The position numbers were made by a program, and so were the translations under genes. A stretch of 32,000 nt of DNA from a virus, in the IMG/VR virus record IMGVR_UViG_3300035663_000007, positions 14,415 to 46,414 of that record, one strand, 5' to 3'. Shown here piece after piece: positions 25,576 to 32,000 of the stretch. The notes under the pieces are model-generated. The model was not told the DNA's origin, searched no databases, and saw only the letters and a program-made list of their open reading frames with translations. Position 1 is the stretch's first letter, and the number at the start of each line of letters is the position of its first letter.

Positions 25576-26409
25576 ATGTCTAATATAGCATTATCTGGCA
25601 ATCAAGATCACAGTCAATCCAAATCCCCTTTTGACTCAATTAAGCGCATTGACTGTGAAGGGCGCGAATACTGGTTGGCACGGGAGTTGATGAGTTTATT
25701 GGGATATCCCCGATGGAATGAATTTAAGGTAGCCATTGAACGAGCAATGGTTTCTTGTGAAGCACAGCAAGGCTCAAACGAAGTCGGTAAGCACTTTTCA
25801 GTGTCAATCCTAAAAAGTGGCGGTCGCCCAAAAGAAGATTACAAATTATCTCGATTTGGGGCTTATCTCACGGCTATGAACGGCGACCCCCGAAAACCGG
25901 AAATTGCACAAGCTCAAGCCTATTTTGTCATCAAAACCCGTGAAGCTGAAACCGTCATCCCCCAACAAAATGATGAGCTAGAATTTCTCCGGTTACAAGT
26001 CCGAATTGCTGAAGCCCAAGCTAGTAGCATGAGAGATCAAAGGCTTGTTTTAGAAACCGGCTCCGCTATTGTTTCACTTCATGGCGTGGGAACTTTGGCA
26101 CTCATTCAAGGTCGTCCTGACGCAGTAGTGAGAGAAGTTGAAACCCAGTTTGAATCAGTTGTAATGAATGAAGACGGAAAACAGTTAGCTGTATTTCGTG
26201 GGAAGTCATTGGCACAACTCGGTAAAGAATTGAAATTCAAAACCGGAAAGGATTTTCAGAAGTGGCTAGAATCCTGCGGTAAAGATCATTTAATTTCTAA
26301 AGCGATGCGTCCAGTTCAAACCGACTATATCCCTGCTGAATTGGTTGATGAGGTTCGAGAATTGTGGGCAAATCAGAAAGGCGATCGCCAGATGATTATT
26401 GGGGAATAG
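25576..26409 (+). CDS. BRO-N domain / DinD-like phage antirepressor-type protein
   Basis: 'FDSIKRIDCEGREYWLARELMSLLGYPRWNEFKVAIERAMVSCEAQQ...KLSRFGAYLTAMNGDPRKPEIAQAQAYFVIKTREAE'. Confidence 0.85.
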   Translation: MSNIALSGNQDHSQSKSPFDSIKRIDCEGREYWLARELMSLLGYPRWNEFKVAIERAMVSCEAQQGSNEVGKHFSVSILKSGGRPKEDYKLSRFGAYLTAMNGDPRKPEIAQAQAYFVIKTREAETVIPQQNDELEFLRLQVRIAEAQASSMRDQRLVLETGSAIVSLHGVGTLALIQGRPDAVVREVETQFESVVMNEDGKQLAVFRGKSLAQLGKELKFKTGKDFQKWLESCGKDHLISKAMRPVQTDYIPAELVDEVRELWANQKGDRQMIIGE

Positions 26410-26443
26410 TTGGCAGAAATCTTGGTTAAAACCACCAATTAAA

Positions 26444-26470
26444 AAGGGTAGAGACTGAATCTCTACCCTT
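26444..26470 (-). terminator. hairpin with T-run on the minus strand
   Basis: AAGGGTAGAGA/TCTCTACCCTT 11-bp stem; on the minus strand it is followed by TTT. Confidence 0.5.
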
Positions 26471-26506
26471 AAAGATTTGCTGATAATATCAACTCAACTA
26501 AACTAA

Positions 26507-27856
26507 ATGTTAAATCAAATTATTCATGGGGATTGTTTTGAAGTTTTAAAGAATATTCCTGATAATTATTTTGATAGTTTAATAAGCGATCCACCCGCAG
26601 GAATTAGCTTTATGTCAAAGGAATTTGACCACAATAAAGGGGGTATGCTTAACTGGATTAATTGGCTATCTGAGATAATGGCAGAATGTTTAAGGGTGAT
26701 GAAACCCGGAGCCTGTGGCTTGGTTTGGAGTCTCCCTAGAACATCTCACTGGACGGGTATAGCTTTGGAGTTAGCAGGGTTTAGGTTGATTGATATAATT
26801 CACCACTGCCAAGGTTCTGGTTTTCCGAAAGGTCAAGATATTGGGAAAATGTTGGACAAATTAGCGGGTGAAGAAAGAGAGATTGTGGAAACAAAAAGAA
26901 AAACGCCTTCGTTTAACGAAAAATGGAATTATGGAAATTCTTTACAGACTTATAACCAACAAATAACCGCCCCATCATCACCCGAAGCCAAGCAATGGGA
27001 CGGATGGAAAACGCCCGCACTAAAACCAGCCGTTGAGGGTTGGTGGTTAGTTCAAAAGCCTATATCAGAATCAAGTATTGCTAGGAATATTTTAAAACAT
27101 GGCGTTGGTGGTTTGAATATTGAGGCTACAAGAATTGGTGTAAAAGAAAATGACCCAAATAATAGGATAAACCCAACAAAATCAAGCGATTTCCATAAAA
27201 CTGTGTTTGGCGTTGGTATAGGAAATGTAACATGTCCTAGAGGGCCTAAAGATATAGGACGATACCCTGCTAACCTAATCCTTTCCTGCGGAGCTAATTG
27301 CAAAGGCGAGAATCATAGCCCTGATTGTCCGGTGACGGTGATTGGTGAACAGAGTGGGATTTGTACGAGTGGCTCAGGACGAAAAACAACGGGAGATGAA
27401 AAATATTTTACAGGGTTAAACAAAAGAGAAAATATTCCCTACGTTGTTGGTGACACCGGAACCGCCGCCCGATTCTTTAAACAACTCCCCTTTGACCCCG
27501 AAACCATCCCTAGCGTCTATTACCAAGCCAAGGCATCCCCTAGTGATAGGTCAAACAGTGGAGAGATTAAAAATACTCACCCAACGGTCAAGAGTCGTCA
27601 CCTGATGAAATATTTAATTACTTTAATCACCCCTGAGAATGGAATAGTTTTAGACCCGTTTTGTGGCAGTGGCACAACAGCTTTAGCCTGCAAAGAATTA
27701 GGACGGAATTATATCTGCATCGAAAAGGAAAAGGAGTATTTTGATACTGCTTGTGACAGGATTAATCAACCCAGGGAATACTCAGAATTAGAGATAGAAA
27801 TTAAAGAATTAAATAAACCTGAATTTAAACAATTGAGTTTATTAGACTTAATTTGA
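26507..27856 (+). CDS. site-specific DNA methyltransferase (N4/N6 amino-methyltransferase)
   Basis: 'FDSLISDPPAGISFM' catalytic-type motif and C-terminal AdoMet motif 'ENGIVLDPFCGSGTTALACKELGRNYICIEKEKEYFDTA'. Confidence 0.9.
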   Translation: MLNQIIHGDCFEVLKNIPDNYFDSLISDPPAGISFMSKEFDHNKGGMLNWINWLSEIMAECLRVMKPGACGLVWSLPRTSHWTGIALELAGFRLIDIIHHCQGSGFPKGQDIGKMLDKLAGEEREIVETKRKTPSFNEKWNYGNSLQTYNQQITAPSSPEAKQWDGWKTPALKPAVEGWWLVQKPISESSIARNILKHGVGGLNIEATRIGVKENDPNNRINPTKSSDFHKTVFGVGIGNVTCPRGPKDIGRYPANLILSCGANCKGENHSPDCPVTVIGEQSGICTSGSGRKTTGDEKYFTGLNKRENIPYVVGDTGTAARFFKQLPFDPETIPSVYYQAKASPSDRSNSGEIKNTHPTVKSRHLMKYLITLITPENGIVLDPFCGSGTTALACKELGRNYICIEKEKEYFDTACDRINQPREYSELEIEIKELNKPEFKQLSLLDLI

Positions 27857-27871
27857 ATTGCCCCAAAACTA

Positions 27872-29317
27872 TTAAACATCCTTACCACTAACCCCTACCC
27901 AAGTTGCCTTAATCCGGTTCAAAAGCTCAAAAGCACCACTGCTTGAGTCTGTCAAGTCATTAACTAAAGGTTTACCGCTCCCATCAAAATTATGCAAAGC
28001 ATTAATATATTGGTCATTCCATGTACCCCTGAGTAAAAACACCCTACCGTTCTGTGCGGCGGTTGCGTAGGGTAAAGCCCTCTGAATCTTGTCGCCTTGG
28101 GGTCTAACTGGTTTGCATCTAAAACCCTTCAAAGATGTCTTAATCTGTTCCATAGCCATAATCCCTGCGCTCCCTGGTTCCTGTTCCCATCCCACCGTCA
28201 CAGTTTTCCCGTCCCTTTCGGCGGTTTTTCTGATTAAATTAATAGCTTCGGCGGGTGTAGTTTGTTCCCAAATAGCATCCAAAACTATTAGGCTTTTATC
28301 CTTTAATATTGCCATTTTTACCCCTGCGGTATAATAGCTTAATTTAGTTTTGGTAGCTGCCAAATCCCAAAATCTAACCGTCCGTGTAATCTCATCTCTG
28401 TCGATATCATCAACAACCTCAAACCAATCACGATTAAATACAACCCCCGCTTCTGGTTTAATTTTCCAGTTTCCTAGTAACAATCTTTGTTTGTCAATCT
28501 CATGTAGTGCGTAAAGATTAGCAATATAATCGGGGTCATTATCTAATAATATTTTGTTGTCATAAATAGATGCAGGAATAAATGTTAAAGACTTTGGGGG
28601 AATACTGGGATATTTTAATCTCAATTCATCTTTATCTAAAGACCAAATCAATTCATTATTAACCCGAACAAACCATCTTAAAGTCCCACTCCGATCCTTA
28701 ATTGGTAATCCGTCTTCACCGAGCCACCAAGATAATAAATCAGCTACCCATGATTCAGAGTCTGGGTTGCAAGTAGCCCTGACTTGTGGCTTAATTGGGA
28801 GTGTAGTTCGACATCTTGACAGTAGATACCAGAACTGCTTTTCCGTGAAGGTACAAAGCTCATCGAAATACAATCGAGATATCTGTGACCCGTGCCACTG
28901 GGTTAAGGTTTTTTCGTGTTGAAGATGGGCAAATTGTATTTTCTCATTCTTAGGAAATACCCATCGCGCCTTAACTAAATTGGCTTCACCACCCAATAAT
29001 GGATACCACCTCTGAGACTCATCAAATAATGCACCAGGGTTAAAGATTTCTGGGAATGTCCGACGGAAAAATACACAATTATAGTTAGGAATTTTCCCGA
29101 CGTATCTAATCGCATCAATCAAGCAAGCCGCACTTTTACCACCCCCTGCTGCACCGCCATAAATAGCAATATCGGCTTTAGTCTCATAGAACGCGGTTTG
29201 GGGGCCGGGTTGTGTCTTGGGAAAAACTTCTTTAGTCTTAGTTGAAGCTGTTAACTTATTTTGCTGTTCCTCTCTAAATTTGATTTTATCATCGGCTTTT
29301 CTTTGTCCTAAAGTCAT
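27872..29317 (-). CDS. terL: terminase large subunit
   Basis: Walker A 'IYGGAAGGGKSAACLIDAIRY', 'RLYFDELCTFTEKQFWYLLSRCR', nuclease 'TVRFWDLAATK', 'VGWEQEPGSAGIM'. Confidence 0.9.
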   Translation of the reverse strand: MTLGQRKADDKIKFREEQQNKLTASTKTKEVFPKTQPGPQTAFYETKADIAIYGGAAGGGKSAACLIDAIRYVGKIPNYNCVFFRRTFPEIFNPGALFDESQRWYPLLGGEANLVKARWVFPKNEKIQFAHLQHEKTLTQWHGSQISRLYFDELCTFTEKQFWYLLSRCRTTLPIKPQVRATCNPDSESWVADLLSWWLGEDGLPIKDRSGTLRWFVRVNNELIWSLDKDELRLKYPSIPPKSLTFIPASIYDNKILLDNDPDYIANLYALHEIDKQRLLLGNWKIKPEAGVVFNRDWFEVVDDIDRDEITRTVRFWDLAATKTKLSYYTAGVKMAILKDKSLIVLDAIWEQTTPAEAINLIRKTAERDGKTVTVGWEQEPGSAGIMAMEQIKTSLKGFRCKPVRPQGDKIQRALPYATAAQNGRVFLLRGTWNDQYINALHNFDGSGKPLVNDLTDSSSGAFELLNRIKATWVGVSGKDV

Positions 29318-29868
29318 GGTGTTGTCAGCCCCACTTCTTGCATTTTGAAGCCTATTTTATAGCCATTCCCTAAGTTTTCCTCTTTGATTTCAGGGATAGG
29401 AATAATTACATTACATTTAGGGAAATATTCAATTCTTTGACCAAAGATTACCTCGTAGGGTTCAGTAGTAGCTGCTTTTGCCCTAGTCCTATTTAACTCA
29501 ATTAGCGATCGCATAATATCATCACAGGTTATTTCGTATCCAGTCCGTGGCGGGGTTCTCCTTTTGGTGTCTGAATATTCGACAGCCGCCCAAAATAAAC
29601 TTCTACCTTGTGGTGATAAATGACACTCAATTTCCCATTCAAGTCTAGGGGTGAAACACTGACCCCGAATCACGGCAGAACCGTTATAACTGTACTCAAG
29701 TTCGGCTCCGTGAACATAGCGCCGGGTGTAGCCACCTTTAGGAATCGTATCAATTACCAACGCCACGCCTGGATTAAAACCAGGGACGTATAAAATCATT
29801 TTTCCACGCTCCGATGGATAAGTGGGAAAAGTTATAATTTGTTCTAAATCACAGCCGCGAAGTGCCAT
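29314..29868 (-). CDS. hypothetical phage protein
   Basis: 184 aa; 4-bp overlap with terL. Confidence 0.5.
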   Translation of the reverse strand: MALRGCDLEQIITFPTYPSERGKMILYVPGFNPGVALVIDTIPKGGYTRRYVHGAELEYSYNGSAVIRGQCFTPRLEWEIECHLSPQGRSLFWAAVEYSDTKRRTPPRTGYEITCDDIMRSLIELNRTRAKAATTEPYEVIFGQRIEYFPKCNVIIPIPEIKEENLGNGYKIGFKMQEVGLTTP

Positions 29869-29897
29869 TTAATTATCCTATTTGTTTTCCCTTTTAA

Positions 29898-30515
29898 TTA
29901 AACTGTTATCTTCTCCTGTAAGTCTATACCAAGTTCGTCACACCTAGTCCCAAGAATCTCTAAAATCCTTGGTAAAAGGACGGTTTCAGTTCTGTCTTTA
30001 TACCCAAGTCTCGGTATTATAAAAGTTGACGAATCTTCTAACGCAGTACAATTACAGGGAAGAATTTTGCTTATTTTATCCTGTAACAAGGCGTGAAGAT
30101 TTTGCACACTTTGTATATACTCTCTGTCTTCTATAATAGAAAAAGTAAATTGCTTGCTTTCTCTTTCTATTCTTAAGTAACTACTTTTGTATTTTTCCAC
30201 TGGTATATCTATATGAAACCCGCTTTTCAGAAGCTCTTTGTTGGTCAACTTTAGATAAGTCCTGATGTGTTGACAGGTTAACAAAAATAAGACCTGACTA
30301 AGTGAGTATTTAGATGGTTTCACTTCTGGAATTATTAGTCCCATTTTCTCTAAATTCTCAACAGAATGATAGCTAACATATCCCAATATATCTGCTACCT
30401 GGACTCTGTTAAACAACTCTTGACAAAACATTACAAAACCTCCTAAATTAGTCTGACCAAAACCCTTGAGAAAACAACCCGCCCGTCCCGATGCTAACAC
30501 CCCCAAACTCCGCAC
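29898..30515 (-). CDS. hypothetical protein, possible MerR-like HTH
   Basis: 'RVQVADILGYVSYHSVENLEKMGLIIPEVKPSKYSLSQVLFLL'. Confidence 0.4.
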   Translation of the reverse strand: MRSLGVLASGRAGCFLKGFGQTNLGGFVMFCQELFNRVQVADILGYVSYHSVENLEKMGLIIPEVKPSKYSLSQVLFLLTCQHIRTYLKLTNKELLKSGFHIDIPVEKYKSSYLRIERESKQFTFSIIEDREYIQSVQNLHALLQDKISKILPCNCTALEDSSTFIIPRLGYKDRTETVLLPRILEILGTRCDELGIDLQEKITV

Positions 30516-30741
30516 CGTTTCCGGGTATCCTATCAGATCCTTTCACTTCACCCCCTAAAGTCCTAACCATATACCGCCCAGACTCAGGATCAAATCCCAC
30601 AAAAGAAGCTGATTCCCAATAGGCTTTTGATGCCGTGTTGGATGTTGGACTTGTAGCTTTGCTGACAGGTTTCTGAGATAAGCTGCCAGACCCGAAAGCC
30701 CGTCGCCTTGCCGACCTATACTGTAGGGAGTATTTACTCAT
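30448..30741 (-). CDS. hypothetical protein
   Basis: 97 aa; overlaps the start of the previous ORF, whose real start is probably the internal ATG. Confidence 0.45.
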   Translation of the reverse strand: MSKYSLQYRSARRRAFGSGSLSQKPVSKATSPTSNTASKAYWESASFVGFDPESGRYMVRTLGGEVKGSDRIPGNGAEFGGVSIGTGGLFSQGFWSD

Positions 30742-30770
30742 GTTTTACTAGAATATACTTATTTAATATT

Positions 30771-31262
30771 ATGACAGGATTAATCAACAATCGCCCCTAC
30801 AGTAAAGAGAAAACAGGGATAGAAGACCTCGAAAAACTTAGACAGGTGCGAGATTCTTTGATCTCTCAATCGGGGACTGATAGGCTTAAAGACCGCGCTC
30901 GAATTAGAAGACAATTTAACACCCCACCAGTTAGCAATCCCGTTGTTCCTAAAAGCAATCCCATTGTTCCTGAAAGCAATCCCACAACAAAAACATCGGA
31001 CGCTCCCTATAGAGTTAATTATTATAATCCTGATACTGATAGTTGGAATGTCCAATCAACAGCTAATCCGTCTGATCGGTTTTCAGCTAAAGCTATCAAA
31101 TCGGGAGGCGTAGCCGTGGGGTCTTTGGTTAGAGGCTACCCACCTATTGCCATAGAACAAAAGCCACAGGGTAGAAGATTTAAACCAGAAGACACTAAAC
31201 CAGTTGTTGAAGATAAGAAAATTACCATCACGATCAATATTGGATATACAGGGAAATTGTGA
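30771..31262 (+). CDS. hypothetical protein with short Pro-rich repeat
   Basis: Start set at MTGLINNRPYSKE...; internal 'SNPVVPKSNPIVPESNP'. Confidence 0.5.
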   Translation: MTGLINNRPYSKEKTGIEDLEKLRQVRDSLISQSGTDRLKDRARIRRQFNTPPVSNPVVPKSNPIVPESNPTTKTSDAPYRVNYYNPDTDSWNVQSTANPSDRFSAKAIKSGGVAVGSLVRGYPPIAIEQKPQGRRFKPEDTKPVVEDKKITITINIGYTGKL

Positions 31263-31263
31263 T

Positions 31264-31569
31264 TTAGCCTGCAACATTCCAATTAGTCATCAGGTCGGAG
31301 TTCCAACTAGAAGAAATATCCGAGTTCCAAACGGGTATAAATATTGGAGTAGAATCTAAAACCACCCACCTACCAGGGCCGTTAGCTGCATAAATTACTG
31401 AGTTGTCAATTGCTGCGGTAGAGTTTTTTCGCCATGTAGCAATTTTCCAGTTGGTCGTATCTACCCCAACCGCAAAAACCAACCCATCTTCATCGGTATT
31501 GTCAAGCAAAAAACTAGACATTGCGGCAACATTTGGGAACCAAAAAAAACTTGCTTTATAGTTAGGCAT
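31264..31569 (-). CDS. hypothetical structural protein
   Basis: 101-aa ORF. Confidence 0.45.
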   Translation of the reverse strand: MPNYKASFFWFPNVAAMSSFLLDNTDEDGLVFAVGVDTTNWKIATWRKNSTAAIDNSVIYAANGPGRWVVLDSTPIFIPVWNSDISSSWNSDLMTNWNVAG

Positions 31570-31574
31570 TTTAT

Positions 31575-31919
31575 TTACAAATAGATTTTTGTTCTATCGC
31601 TAGATTGCAATGTTAACCTCTCTATTGTATTAGACTTTAGTCGTCTTAACAAGGTTTTTAATTGATAGCTATAGGTGAAATCATCCTCTACCACTTTCAC
31701 GATAGGAATAGAATTGCTTTCTAAATCTATAGGTAGCGTAATTGGTTTATTCTCAATCACAGTATTGTCAATAACAACGGTTGACGCTACTGTTGGGGGT
31801 ATGTTTGGATTGGTAGTTGGGATTGTTAACGCTACCCCCGTTTTAGGGATTAATTGAACAGTCAAAGCCGATGGTGAAACAACAGGGGTCGGGGTTCCCT
31901 CAATCCCCCCGGATGCCAC
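31575..31919 (-). CDS. hypothetical structural protein
   Basis: 114-aa ORF. Confidence 0.45.
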   Translation of the reverse strand: MASGGIEGTPTPVVSPSALTVQLIPKTGVALTIPTTNPNIPPTVASTVVIDNTVIENKPITLPIDLESNSIPIVKVVEDDFTYSYQLKTLLRRLKSNTIERLTLQSSDRTKIYL

Positions 31920-32000
31920 ATAACTAAACGTCGCACCGGAAAACGTTGTAGTTGGGATAAATGTTAAATTAGAGATACTCGCTGCGGGTATTTCTTGACC

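Overview
This window looks like part of a temperate or lytic tailed cyanophage (or prophage) genome. It has a leftward early block (about 0.27-3.6 kb), a rightward replication/metabolism block (about 3.7-18.8 kb: RHH protein, replication-organizer-like proteins, DnaB helicase, C5 DNA methyltransferase, IscB, ThyX), and a leftward structural block (about 19-31.9 kb: Rha-like regulator, membrane proteins, YadA-like tail fibre, portal-like protein, large terminase). A rightward BRO plus DNA methyltransferase cassette sits inside the structural block. The main finding is at 9.96-13.24 kb. A complete IscB (PLMP, RuvC-I, bridge helix, RuvC-II, HNH, RuvC-III) is preceded by a structured omegaRNA-like leader. 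About 100 bp after its stop codon lies a clean CRISPR-like array of 19 x 36-bp repeats and 18 unrelated 34-44 nt spacers, with no cas genes in the window. The noncoding leader starts with 13 nt (9961-9973) that can pair completely, counting G-U wobbles, with positions 14-26 of the array repeat. This raises the hypothesis of a phage-borne, Cas9-like, two-RNA IscB system. A 20th degenerate repeat lies at 13201-13236, just before thyX. Other finds are an unlisted 54-aa NblA ORF translationally coupled to tmk, a possible -1 frameshift adding a zinc ribbon (18.6-18.77 kb), a tRNA 3'-end remnant, and several strong hairpins and promoters. All assignments are by eye; no database search or folding program was run.
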